IMG/VR virus record: IMGVR_UViG_3300044557_000292
Location: 323,388-387,387 of that record
From: a virus
Taxonomy: Duplodnaviria; Heunggongvirae; Uroviricota; Caudoviricetes
Direction: 5' to 3' (one strand)
DNA: 64,000 nt
Part shown: positions 8,775-18,489 of the stretch, piece after piece
Position numbering within the stretch: position 1 is the stretch's first letter
Layout: each line of letters begins with the position of its first letter
Position numbers and translations under genes: made by a program
The notes under the pieces: generated by a model
The model's database searches: none
What the model was told of the DNA's origin: nothing
Seen by the model: the letters and a program-made list of their open reading frames with translations, nothing else

Positions 8775-10105
8775 GGTTCAACCCCGCAACGCGGGGAATA
8801 CCATCACTGGAGCCATCACTGGAGCAATCACAGTCAGGTTCAACCCCGCAACGCGGGGAATACGCTGCCGCATTACTGACTTCACGACCGTGAACCAGGG
8901 TTCAACCCCGCAACGCGGGGAATACCACACCGTTTGCAGCGAAGCTGCCTACCGAATCTAGGTTCAACCCCGCAACGCGGGGAATACGGAACGCTCTCTC
9001 TTTACTCTCAAGACCCGTCGAAGGGTTCAACCCCGCAACGCGGGGAATACTGATCTTCGTCTTTCCGGACTCAGTTTTGGTCAGAGGTTCAACCCCGCAA
9101 CGCGGGGAATACGCATTGATCGTTCTTATTGCGTTGAGAATGATACAGGTTCAACCCCGCAACGCGGGGAATACTTGAAGCCGGAGCCGGCTCACAGGAA
9201 ACGAAGCCAGGTTCAACCCCGCAACGCGGGGAATACTTGAAGCCGGAGCCGGCTCACAGGAAACGAAGCCAGGTTCAACCCCGCAACGCGGGGAATACAG
9301 ACGGCGGGCTAATCCATGAGCCGGGTAAGCGCAGGTTCAACCCCGCAACGCGGGGAATACCAAGCGCTATAATCTGTATGATGCGAAGCATACTAAGGTT
9401 CAACCCCGCAACGCGGGGAATACGTCTGTCGCACGTTGTTCTGAGATGAAATCTCCAGGGTTCAACCCCGCAACGCGGGGAATACTTTGCGATCTAATTC
9501 GTCCGCTTCGTTTGTAGAAAGGTTCAACCCCGCAACGCGGGGAATACTTGTTTCAATAGGATTGGCTCAGATTCAACTATAAGGTTCAACCCCGCAACGC
9601 GGGGAATACTCGAATCAGAAGAGGAGATTGCTGAGATGGCAGAAGGTTCAACCCCGCAACGCGGGGAATACCTGCACACGAAGCCTGATCCAATACCACG
9701 CGTAGGGGTTCAACCCCGCAACGCGGGGAATACTGATTATTTTTGTCTTTCTGTTTAGTTATAATATAGGTTCAACCCCGCAACGCGGGGAATACCACGC
9801 CTGCGATCTGCCACACGGGCTAGCACTGAGGGTTCAACCCCGCAACGCGGGGAATACCCATTGAATTTCGACTTTCTTCAGATCGAGTCTAGGGTTCAAC
9901 CCCGCAACGCGGGGAATACTTCAGTGCGCTTGGGTACTAGCACAGGACGGTGAGGGTTCAACCCCGCAACGCGGGGAATACAGTTCATGTTCTTCGATGA
10001 TGAGTAGCCGAAGATGGGTTCAACCCCGCAACGCGGGGAATACGTCTAGTTGGTCAACGTTGTTCGTTGCTACTACAAGGTTCAACCCCGCAACGCGGGG
10101 AATAC
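8775..10105 (-). CRISPR. CRISPR array, type I-E-like repeat, 22 repeats and 21 spacers (period 62)
   Basis: Perfect repeats ggttcaaccccgcaacgcggggaatac, equivalent to GTATTCCCCGCGTTGCGGGGTTGAACC on the minus strand, with a stem CCCCGC/GCGGGG like I-E. Spacers are 34-35 nt; two adjacent spacers (9177-9210 and 9239-9272) are identical; degenerate repeats lie at the low-coordinate end, so transcription is from the minus strand. Confidence 0.95.
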
Positions 10106-10218
10106 GCCTAGGAACGTTGAGACCACGTTAACGATGGTCGAGTACCACCACGATTCTCGTTAACGTAGATCAACATTCCGAACCCTCGAAAGAACCTCTA
10201 TTGGAATCATCACAGTTG
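10106..10218 (-). promoter_or_regulatory. putative CRISPR leader
   Basis: Non-coding sequence immediately 5' (on the minus strand) of the first perfect repeat; inferred from the orientation of the I-E-like repeat. Confidence 0.35.
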
Positions 10219-10704
10219 CTAGAAACCGTTATTCTTGGTTGGACCCGCTGCCGCTATCGAGCATCCTCGTTCACGGCGACCCTGATTCCTAGCAGGGGTA
10301 TGACCGTCGCCTCTCGGACGACGGGAGCGAACCGTCTGTAACACGGTGCTCAACCCGAATCTGTTGTTCTTGTGAAGCTTCCCCAGTCCGCGGAGTGCTA
10401 TGATATAGCCCGCAGCGTCATCCTTGTCACCCGTGTACCCGCACGTGTCGCATGTGAAGGAGTGGGTCCTAGGATCCGTGTCTTCGCAACCGGAGTGATC
10501 TTACCCTCCATCACGTACCGCCTTAGCGTGGAGTCCACCACCACAGGATAGTCGGCCGCTTCCTTGGGCCTGCACATTCCGTTCCTCATGTTGTAAATAT
10601 ATTACGGTAGTAACGCCAATGACACGAAAGCAGGTATCTAATGAATACAATATTAAGATATCAAGCATCAGTACAACCACATGATAAGATATCAGGAGGC
10701 ACAT
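10219..10704 (-). pseudogene. decayed TnpB/Cas12-like C-terminal fragment (zinc finger plus RuvC-III motif)
   Basis: Minus-strand frame reads ...RLSCGGGLHAKAVRDGG*DHSGCEDTDPRTHSFTCDTCGYTGDKDDAAGYIIALRGLGKLHK..., matching the TnpB/Cas12 C-terminal pattern CxxCG...D(A/K)DxNAAxNI..RG. It is interrupted by a stop and has no start codon; tracked ORFs 10398..10589 and 10501..10704 are pieces of it. Confidence 0.45.
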
Positions 10705-10740
10705 GTGGGACTCACGTCAGGGTCACGAGCCCGCCGCGTC

Positions 10741-11448
10741 TCAATCCCACATGTACGGGAGAACCTCACCTATCCATGCCCAAACCCTCTTGAATTCAGA
10801 CTCGACGCGCTTCTCGTAAGCTTGATCGCCAACGATGCCCAGCGTACGATCCTCATAGTCTTCAAGGGCGGTGTCGTTAAGGCGCGAGTACCTCCTGAAG
10901 ACCCTGGATGCATAATACAGATCCTGCGTCCAAGCTGCTCCATCAGCACCATACTCCTCAACGGTCTCATTAAGCTTATGATTAAAGTCTTTAGTGGATC
11001 CAATCTTTGACCAATCTATCGACACAATGCTGAACCGGTTCCATGGTGTCTTCAACCACTCTTCATAATCATCATCATGCTTGTTCAGCCAGTACCTGCG
11101 ACCATTATGAATGTTCGCGTCTCCATCATCTTGAATATAGAGGGGAGGATACCCGTGATCGGTTCTAGCCAGTTCAAGCATGAGCCTAGATAGCCTATCA
11201 ATCTCGCGATCACCAAGATCCCAAACATCATAATCGTCATACCCACGACGCGCCCTCTGGAACGTTCTCTTAACCCGGCCAGGAAGCTCACTCGCGTTCC
11301 TGTGAATGAACCCGTACGCTGTCTGCAATGGTGATGGAAGATGATCATACAGGGAATCACCGATATCCTCCAGCCCGTCCCTTAGACCATGATGCTCTTC
11401 ATCTTCATCATAAAGACTAGTTGTTATGTCCTGACCCTCACTACTCAT
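10741..11448 (-). CDS. hypothetical acidic protein
   Basis: 235-aa ORF, no recognisable motifs. Confidence 0.45.
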   Translation of the reverse strand: MSSEGQDITTSLYDEDEEHHGLRDGLEDIGDSLYDHLPSPLQTAYGFIHRNASELPGRVKRTFQRARRGYDDYDVWDLGDREIDRLSRLMLELARTDHGYPPLYIQDDGDANIHNGRRYWLNKHDDDYEEWLKTPWNRFSIVSIDWSKIGSTKDFNHKLNETVEEYGADGAAWTQDLYYASRVFRRYSRLNDTALEDYEDRTLGIVGDQAYEKRVESEFKRVWAWIGEVLPYMWD

Positions 11449-11486
11449 GATGCTAATCTCTCCTTAAAACCGTCCATCGTTAATAC

Positions 11487-13979
11487 CTATTCCCCGATAA
11501 GATCGAGGATAGCGTCAGAATCATCGGGATGGATCACCCTGACATCATCGCCCCCATCCTTGTCCACAGGAATCGTGAGCAGTGACAGCGCCTTGTCAAC
11601 AGTCATTGGCCTTGAGTAGATAGAGTTCTTGGCAATGGTTGCGAACACCGGCTCATTGCCGTCAACACGATTCAACGAGATGTTAGAACCAGCATCCACA
11701 TCAACCCAGGTGACCTCACCAGTAAGCAGGTCAAGAATGAACGGGGTAGAATTCGTGGACTCCCTCGTGAGACTCCACTTCAAAGCCACGTTCTTTGGAT
11801 CGAAGATCTCACCAGTCTGCTGGCCTAGTTCCGTCTTCAACATGACGCCAGCGCAAGCCTCGGGGATCTTGCTGAAGTGCTGCGCTGTGAATGAGTACAC
11901 GGATGGAATCATATACCTAACCTCAAGCGTATCGAGAGCGTATCTGACATTCACGTCAATGAACTCAGCAGCCCCGTCAGGAGCACTCGTAATGTCCCCA
12001 GAGTGGACAATACCTCTGCCCTCTCGAAGGTTCGTGTAAGATACCTGCCTACTATTCTTGAACCCCTCATCAAAGAACACGGTGCTCATGTCAAGATCAA
12101 CTCTGGAACCGTATTCTTGACTGTTAAGATCATGCCAGTGCATGAAGACACGGACAACAGGCTGTTCACCCCATCCTGGAATCTTGAACCTTGAGCCACG
12201 CCCAATGAGCTTCACGCCAGAACTTACCGACCCAACGCCCATGGGTACAACGTACCGTCCATCTGGAGAGGCAGACACGTCGAGGAACGTCTTCACGTTC
12301 TTACGCTTGTCCTTAAGAGCGGACTCGATGCCATTCATGATGAAACGGGCTTCATCAACCGTCACGTCGTTAACAATCGTGTTGTCAATGCTTGACGTCT
12401 TCTGTCCGTGAGGAGTCCTCATGATGACCATACGCTTGTCAAGATCATTGATACCATCTGACAGTCTCGTGTTCAAGAAACCCCAGAGCTGGATGAGGAC
12501 CCGGTTGCTCACATTCCTGGCCACACTATTGAACGCGGTGAGCACGATCCCATGATACTCCTCGGGGAGCTTGCGGAGCAACTCGACGAGACGACGGGCG
12601 AACACGCCAGGCCTACTCTTCAATTGTCCAACGATCTCATTGACGAGACGAGGATGATCGACCCCGTCTGATTCCTCCCGCAGATCACGAATCAAACCGT
12701 CAACGATCCCATCAAGAGATCTCGTGCCACCAGACTGCACCAAAGCCAGCCACGATCGTGCTGAATCCAATTCTGGGCTATGAGGCAGAACATTGCGAAC
12801 AAGCTCCTGGTAGTGAAGAGTAGTCGCAAGGCGCTTCCATTCCTCCTCGTAACGATGGAACTCGTCTGACAACTGGTCCTCATTAGGATTCTTCTTGAGG
12901 ATACGACCAAGCTCGAATAGGATGAGCTTCCTCTTCGACCTGTTTAGCTTGAACTTCACTGGTGCTGATAGGGAGGCGTCACCATCAGAAGACCAGAATG
13001 CGGCCAGTCTGAGCACATCAGTCACGCTATCGAGAAGATCCTCGTCAACATACTTTGAAACCTCGCCATGATTCCACGTCACGCATGGAAGAACAACGTT
13101 TAGATCAGATCCGTCCAACTCTCTGAGCAATGCGTACAGGAAGACGGCGTTCTCGTGGATCTTAGGCCATTCCGTGATGACTCCGACCGTTTCATCAAGG
13201 TGGAGTAGGGAGAACACGCCCCTGATGAACCACTTCTGATCATCAGACCACACCTGTGATGAAGATACCACATTCTTGAGAACATCAAGGACATCGTTCC
13301 TACTGATGATCCTAATAGCTGTCGGCTTTAACCCGTCAATGAGATGAATCCTAGGTGATGGAGTGTAATCATGCATGATGCGGACACCGATCCAATCACC
13401 GAGGTAATGCAGGAAGGCATTCCAGATTAGCTCTTCATCCGATGCTTCCGCCACCTGTTCTGGGAAGTCCGGGTACATTGGACGATAATCGTAAGCCGTT
13501 CCGCGCGATTCCTTAAGCACATCAAGAACAGAAGACAGCGTGCCGGCCGAAACACTGCCCAGGCGCTCGACGAGATCATCATAACCTACACCCGATTGAG
13601 AGCTGCCTGTGATCGCGTAGTTAAGAGATAAAGCATTAGCAATGAATGCAAGAACAGCGTGCGTTGAAGCGCCTTCAAGATCATCAATTGGGTACAGGAA
13701 TATCTCGTTATGATTAACGGTAAGGTACTCGTTCACCGCATTGAGGTTAGCCTTGTCCAGCCCACGCTTAAGTTCATGAATTCCACCATAGTTAACGGTA
13801 CTAGCATTATCGATCTGATTCTGGGGATCATTAATGTTATCATCACGCTTATCCTTAAGCGCTTTCAGACCACTTGCCGTTCCCCCTGTGGCCTTATTGA
13901 GCTCATCCAGGCCATCAAGACTGTCATCAGGACCGTGATCGTGGTTTCCAGTGAACTCATCCTTGCTTGCTACTCTCAT
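11487..13979 (-). CDS. large protein (830 aa) with C-terminal TerD-like domain
   Basis: C-terminal segment SRVDLDMSTVFFDEGFKNSRQVSYTNLREGRGIVHSGDITSAPDGAAEFIDVNVRYALDTLEVRYMIPSVYSF matches the TerD/CABP pattern (LDLDas...fyn.l...g.v.HsGDn.tG..gddE.i.vdL...ivf.v.iy). Confidence 0.55.
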   Translation of the reverse strand: MRVASKDEFTGNHDHGPDDSLDGLDELNKATGGTASGLKALKDKRDDNINDPQNQIDNASTVNYGGIHELKRGLDKANLNAVNEYLTVNHNEIFLYPIDDLEGASTHAVLAFIANALSLNYAITGSSQSGVGYDDLVERLGSVSAGTLSSVLDVLKESRGTAYDYRPMYPDFPEQVAEASDEELIWNAFLHYLGDWIGVRIMHDYTPSPRIHLIDGLKPTAIRIISRNDVLDVLKNVVSSSQVWSDDQKWFIRGVFSLLHLDETVGVITEWPKIHENAVFLYALLRELDGSDLNVVLPCVTWNHGEVSKYVDEDLLDSVTDVLRLAAFWSSDGDASLSAPVKFKLNRSKRKLILFELGRILKKNPNEDQLSDEFHRYEEEWKRLATTLHYQELVRNVLPHSPELDSARSWLALVQSGGTRSLDGIVDGLIRDLREESDGVDHPRLVNEIVGQLKSRPGVFARRLVELLRKLPEEYHGIVLTAFNSVARNVSNRVLIQLWGFLNTRLSDGINDLDKRMVIMRTPHGQKTSSIDNTIVNDVTVDEARFIMNGIESALKDKRKNVKTFLDVSASPDGRYVVPMGVGSVSSGVKLIGRGSRFKIPGWGEQPVVRVFMHWHDLNSQEYGSRVDLDMSTVFFDEGFKNSRQVSYTNLREGRGIVHSGDITSAPDGAAEFIDVNVRYALDTLEVRYMIPSVYSFTAQHFSKIPEACAGVMLKTELGQQTGEIFDPKNVALKWSLTRESTNSTPFILDLLTGEVTWVDVDAGSNISLNRVDGNEPVFATIAKNSIYSRPMTVDKALSLLTIPVDKDGGDDVRVIHPDDSDAILDLIGE

Positions 13980-14065
13980 TCAGTGTCTCCGTTCTGTAAT
14001 CTTGCATATAAAAAGGGTGAACCGTGACAAGCGATCCACCCTAATTACCGTACAAAGCATTGAGT

Positions 14066-14240
14066 GATTGGAAAGCACGCGGGCATGATTTTCATTTACT
14101 ATGAAGTGGATAGAAGAACTCCCACGTATGGCCAATCATTCAATTACATGCGGTAACTCGTTGTGGAAAGCGATGGAGCAATTTTTTAATCAGAAAAGTT
14201 AGAAGAACTCTCCATCATGGCCGCAATTCGTTACATTAAA
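14066..14240. repeat. tandem duplication of an ~88-bp unit in the intergenic region
   Basis: ttggaaagc..tagaagaactcccacgtatggccaatcattcaattacatgcgg followed by tgtggaaagc..tagaagaactctccatcatggccgcaattcgttacatt; lies upstream of the start of the 11487..13979 gene. Confidence 0.5.
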
Positions 14241-14293
14241 TATTATATCACGGTTCTATCATCATGCAACCTAGTGATCAATTCTCTTGATTC

Positions 14294-15556
14294 TTATCGT
14301 ACAGTATCCAGGATCTTTACAGCCCTAGCATTAAAGTCCACGCTTCCAATAAAGTAATCATATGCTCGCTCCCTGAACTGGTCATAATAATCATCGCTTG
14401 ACAAGAGCGCACGGTACTTCTCCGAGAAGTCATCCCACTGGGAGTCATCAGCCCATAGCGAATCATCATCAGTTGACGGCAATGCTAGCATACCGAACTC
14501 GGATAAATCGCGATCAGGCATGAGGGTGCCCCTGTACATGGATGGAACGGCTAGTACGGTGCCATTCTGGATGATTTCCAGTGTGACGTATTCTGGTAAA
14601 AGATTCATTTTTGGATCTAGGAATGACGTGTACATGCCTACGAAAGACTCACTGATGAGGCGTTCTCCCACTTTGGGATCATATAGTCCATAAATCTGGG
14701 CCTTATCCTCCAAGGTGTTGGAGAAATGGATGTCAGTCTTATTCTTCTTATGATACTCGAGGAATGGCTTGAAGACTTTTGGCTTGAGGCTTACCGTGAG
14801 TTTTGATACCGTGCCTATACTAGGCATGAGGCCATTCATACAGAGGTTAATGTCAATATGATGGTTAGCGCATCTCTGCTTGAAATCTAGCCATTGAATC
14901 CATCCCTTCCATGCCGGCGTTCTTCCCTGCCAGTAGAATTGCATTCTATACTTATCTTCCGGGGATCGCCAGTTCTTCCTGCTCTTGTCGAACAGGGTGT
15001 TATGCTGCATGTAATGGACCTTGTTGAGGAATTCCTTACTTTCCGTTCCATTGAGACTAGAATTGATGACCTTAACGATCTCGTCCCCGGTACCGAAGGT
15101 GATGAAGCTATCCAAATGTTTGAAGATACTGTTATCAAGCTTGACTCCAAGCTTCTCTGACTGCGCTATCCTGTGGCCAACATTAATATAGATCAGCTTA
15201 CCGTTATTCTTCTTGTCAAGGATAAGATCTGTCTGCCGTCTTATGGGCTTCATGGCCTCTAGTTTATACGAGTCGTCCCCCTTATTCCAATTCTTAAGGG
15301 TGGGCCAGTTAAGGTTAAAGATCACGGTCATCTCTGCTTGACGGAAATGGAAGTCTTCATCCATGAGGTCAAAGAACGCATCATTACTCCTCGGTTCTTC
15401 CTTCCTCGACATGCCCTTGGAAAACGTGTTCGTGTTCAAATAGACCTTCACGTCATAACCCAGACTCGCGATGATGGACTCAAAGTTCCGTAAAGCGTTG
15501 TCTAGTCCTCCATACGTGTTTCCAATCATGTTGATGATATTGATTCTTATCGCCAA
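14294..15556 (-). CDS. hypothetical protein (K/N-rich, lower GC)
   Basis: 420-aa ORF; local GC is clearly lower than the neighbouring genes. Confidence 0.5.
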   Translation of the reverse strand: MAIRINIINMIGNTYGGLDNALRNFESIIASLGYDVKVYLNTNTFSKGMSRKEEPRSNDAFFDLMDEDFHFRQAEMTVIFNLNWPTLKNWNKGDDSYKLEAMKPIRRQTDLILDKKNNGKLIYINVGHRIAQSEKLGVKLDNSIFKHLDSFITFGTGDEIVKVINSSLNGTESKEFLNKVHYMQHNTLFDKSRKNWRSPEDKYRMQFYWQGRTPAWKGWIQWLDFKQRCANHHIDINLCMNGLMPSIGTVSKLTVSLKPKVFKPFLEYHKKNKTDIHFSNTLEDKAQIYGLYDPKVGERLISESFVGMYTSFLDPKMNLLPEYVTLEIIQNGTVLAVPSMYRGTLMPDRDLSEFGMLALPSTDDDSLWADDSQWDDFSEKYRALLSSDDYYDQFRERAYDYFIGSVDFNARAVKILDTVR

Positions 15557-15669
15557 TGGTAATCTCCTCGCCCGCTGCTTCTGCTTTCCTTAACTTTAAA
15601 TCTTACCATAAGACCTTGAGCGTTTTGTGATATCAAGATCGATTCCCCCCCCCATTACAGTACTCCAGG

Positions 15670-16671
15670 CTACTCATCAAGAATCTTTGAAAAGTCATCC
15701 AGTACAGTGTCAGCGTACTCCGTACCATTCTTGACTCGGTCTATAAGGTCTGTGTTAATCCTATCGTCAAAAGTACTGTTGTCAGGGGATAGGGTTAACG
15801 ATTCGTAATACCTCTTGGTGAGTAGGTACTCTCCCTTAATTGGCTCGTAGGGGACGAGAAGTTCGGCAGCATTGCGGGCGAACCAAGCCCACGAGTTGGG
15901 ATCGCTCCAATTATTCTTCTTCACATCAGTGCTGAAATCCCTCACGTTGGGGAATACCTTCTTAATATTGCCGAATACCCCATCTTCAGGGGATTTTCCT
16001 AGATGCATTCTTTGTAATGATTCCTTGAGTACTGGCTTATTAGCTCCATAATAGAACCTGTTGACCGTGGGTTGAGAAGAGTCAAAGATAGTTTGCCGCC
16101 CCGGATATTCTTCGCCAATACCGGCCATTTCGTCTGGAAGAAAGTATGAGAAGAATGATAACCAGGGGCACGTTGTGAAGACGCTGTCCTTGTGAAGATG
16201 CTTCATGAACTTCTTGTTGATGTAACCCATAGATTCTTTATCGTTAAGCACACTGCGATCAAATGCGCCTATAACCTTCACTGGCCTCATGTCATATACG
16301 GACGCTCGGCTCTTAAGATCATCTTTATTCCAAACATGAGTATCAATGGTGAAGGTGAGCTCATCGTAGGGGAGGCATATCGCGTACGGTTTAGCGTTAT
16401 TGAAAATGTACGTGAGTGTATCTTTAACGTGCCCGAATGAAGCGTAAAGAGCGCTGCCGAACCACGGTAGGATGATGGAATCATAATCACCTATAGGCCA
16501 ATTGCTCACATTACCATCAAGATCTTTTAATTCTACGCTATCAACTCTTCCGGGTATTCTACGCAATCCCTGTAAGAGCGCCTTCTGATCCCCTCTGGTA
16601 GTTGCCGTTCCATGAAAAACGATCAGGGTCTTCCTACTTGAATGATCGTCTTTATTGTTCTTGGTCACCAT
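15670..16671 (-). CDS. hypothetical protein (lower GC)
   Basis: 333-aa ORF; belongs to the same low-GC block as 14294..15556. Confidence 0.5.
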   Translation of the reverse strand: MVTKNNKDDHSSRKTLIVFHGTATTRGDQKALLQGLRRIPGRVDSVELKDLDGNVSNWPIGDYDSIILPWFGSALYASFGHVKDTLTYIFNNAKPYAICLPYDELTFTIDTHVWNKDDLKSRASVYDMRPVKVIGAFDRSVLNDKESMGYINKKFMKHLHKDSVFTTCPWLSFFSYFLPDEMAGIGEEYPGRQTIFDSSQPTVNRFYYGANKPVLKESLQRMHLGKSPEDGVFGNIKKVFPNVRDFSTDVKKNNWSDPNSWAWFARNAAELLVPYEPIKGEYLLTKRYYESLTLSPDNSTFDDRINTDLIDRVKNGTEYADTVLDDFSKILDE

Positions 16672-16815
16672 ATGGCAAGCGCTCCTAATCTACGGGGTAT
16701 CGTTCAATCATTACATTAACCTATGATATAGTACCTTTTACTGATCGATAGGGGATGCAGGCTATGAGGTCCTAGCATTTATAGGTTAAAGTAAAAACAA
16801 CTTAGAATCTTCCCG

Positions 16816-17205
16816 TCAGTCACGGAGTTCTCTTCCATAACCATCACGATGCCATTCAGATCCAGGCGTGCTCGTCAAGATGAAGACGCCCTCGACTATA
16901 CCCCACAGGTTGACCGCTGGGGCTAGTGCGCCGAATGAGAGCAGCGATATGAGCAGTTGGGTCAACGCTCTACTATTCCTCCCCAGATAGAAGTTATGGA
17001 CTCCAAGCGCGCCAAGGAAGATAGCCAGTACTCCCGCAGCAGCTTTAGACTTCAATGGAGGCATATCGTTCCCATCCTGTTGGCCATCAGGACCAATAAT
17101 GGGCTCAGAGTTCAGACCATAACCACTCCGCCCAATTCCATTGATCTTGTCAGCACTAGACGGATCGTCATAATGGACATTCTCATAACCAGTTTCATCA
17201 CCCAT
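16816..17205 (-). CDS. TM2 domain-containing membrane protein
   Basis: KSKAAAGVLAIFLGALGVHNFYLGRNSRALTQLLISLL matches the TM2 domain signature (GxxGxHxFYLG). Confidence 0.6.
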   Translation of the reverse strand: MGDETGYENVHYDDPSSADKINGIGRSGYGLNSEPIIGPDGQQDGNDMPPLKSKAAAGVLAIFLGALGVHNFYLGRNSRALTQLLISLLSFGALAPAVNLWGIVEGVFILTSTPGSEWHRDGYGRELRD

Positions 17206-17367
17206 GTGCTCTTCTCCCGTTCACATCTTGGTTGTATTGTATCCAGTGGAAAGATATCGTTGGAACGACCTACCCATCAGCGTCTTTACGAACGGATACC
17301 TAACCCAGTTCGGTCAATGCGACCGGGTGGGAAATACGGAGCGGTGAATATCGTATGAATAACGACA

Positions 17368-17775
17368 TCAATCACTGTCAAACACGATGGAAACAGAATC
17401 GTCATCATTCACGATAGAATGGAATGACATTCCCTCAGTGCTTACAAGACTGATAGCATCAGGCCACGCTGAATCATCACTAGCACCGTCGAACCATTCC
17501 ATATTCCTCGCGACATGGACCACCCATCTGTCACCGATACTAACCTCACTATCATCAATGATCACCAGGTGGTCATCCACCACGTAGAAGTGATGCTCGT
17601 CGAGTAGGTCTAACAACGGGTAATCAAGATCATCATCACTCCTATCAGCTCTTAACGCTACTAGAGTGTTCAACGTGTCATCATCCGTACACGTCCATAT
17701 CTTACCATTACGAGTCTTTAGATAAGACGGGTTACTAGCCCAGTTCCTCATCCCACTGAATTGCTCGATCTTCAT
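17368..17775 (-). CDS. hypothetical acidic protein
   Basis: 135-aa ORF. Confidence 0.4.
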   Translation of the reverse strand: MKIEQFSGMRNWASNPSYLKTRNGKIWTCTDDDTLNTLVALRADRSDDDLDYPLLDLLDEHHFYVVDDHLVIIDDSEVSIGDRWVVHVARNMEWFDGASDDSAWPDAISLVSTEGMSFHSIVNDDDSVSIVFDSD

Positions 17776-17841
17776 AGCTTGACCACAGTCACGCGAATCA
17801 TCATATGAATAAGATATTCATGGGCTTACTCATAATCATAG

Positions 17842-18462
17842 TTGATTACAGATCACGTCATAAGAATCATGATCATAGGTTGCGGTACCATGAATGCCAT
17901 GAAAACTAGCAATGATCGCCTGGAGGAGGATCGCCCCGGAATGGCGATCATAATCATGAGGGTTCTGTTCGTGATCATTATCTTATCGGTCATAGGTCTT
18001 CCCTTCATCCCAAATGGAGTTGATGGTGATTACACAGTGACCCCCATCAAGAATACCGGAGCGCTGTACTCTACACAGGACACGTCTCTGGGCGGTCCAA
18101 TTCAACCCACCCCATCATGGAAGAAGGTTGATGATCAGACTGTCATCGTGCAGATGCAGACATGGAAGGACTGCACGCCAACGCTTACCACTTCCTCTCA
18201 CGCTAATGAGAATGAGATCCTCACGACGATTAAAGCGGAATATCCAGAATCATCTATACGATCATGTCTAAAGAAGGATGACGTGAAGGAACAGAAGCTC
18301 ACGTGGAGGCAGTGGAAGATCCATAGCAATCATACCGTGAGTACTGAAGATTCCCTGAAAAAGAGAATAGTCCACGTTGTTATGAGGAATGGTCAGAATG
18401 GAGGACTGCACGAGGATACATTCGAGCTCATCGAGTACTCCACGTTCGGGAACAAGAAGTAA
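17842..18462 (+). CDS. hypothetical secreted or membrane protein (plus strand)
   Basis: 206-aa ORF; internal Met followed by hydrophobic MAIIIMRVLFVIIILSVIGLPFI, so a likely signal/TM segment; the true start may be at ~17941. Confidence 0.45.
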   Translation: MITDHVIRIMIIGCGTMNAMKTSNDRLEEDRPGMAIIIMRVLFVIIILSVIGLPFIPNGVDGDYTVTPIKNTGALYSTQDTSLGGPIQPTPSWKKVDDQTVIVQMQTWKDCTPTLTTSSHANENEILTTIKAEYPESSIRSCLKKDDVKEQKLTWRQWKIHSNHTVSTEDSLKKRIVHVVMRNGQNGGLHEDTFELIEYSTFGNKK

Positions 18463-18489
18463 CCGCTATCATCTATCTATTCTTTGACC

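Noticed and set aside
8495-8893. 132-aa plus-strand ORF overlapping the pilin gene and the first CRISPR repeats
   Set aside because: Antisense to the better-supported pilin ORF and running into repeat sequence
9237-9449. 70-aa plus-strand ORF, and other short ORFs inside 8775-10105
   Set aside because: They lie entirely within the CRISPR array; the translated repeats (RNAGNT... / FNPATRGI) recur, so these are artefacts of the repeat sequence
9534-9568. Self-targeting CRISPR spacer against the 423-585 / 45757-45915 element
   Set aside because: Only 16-17 of 35 nt match; not a full protospacer within this window. Kept only as a hint that a divergent homologue elsewhere may be the target
10398-10704. 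Tracked ORFs 10398..10589 and 10501..10704 as independent small genes
   Set aside because: Better explained as out-of-frame and in-frame pieces of the decayed TnpB/Cas12-like remnant
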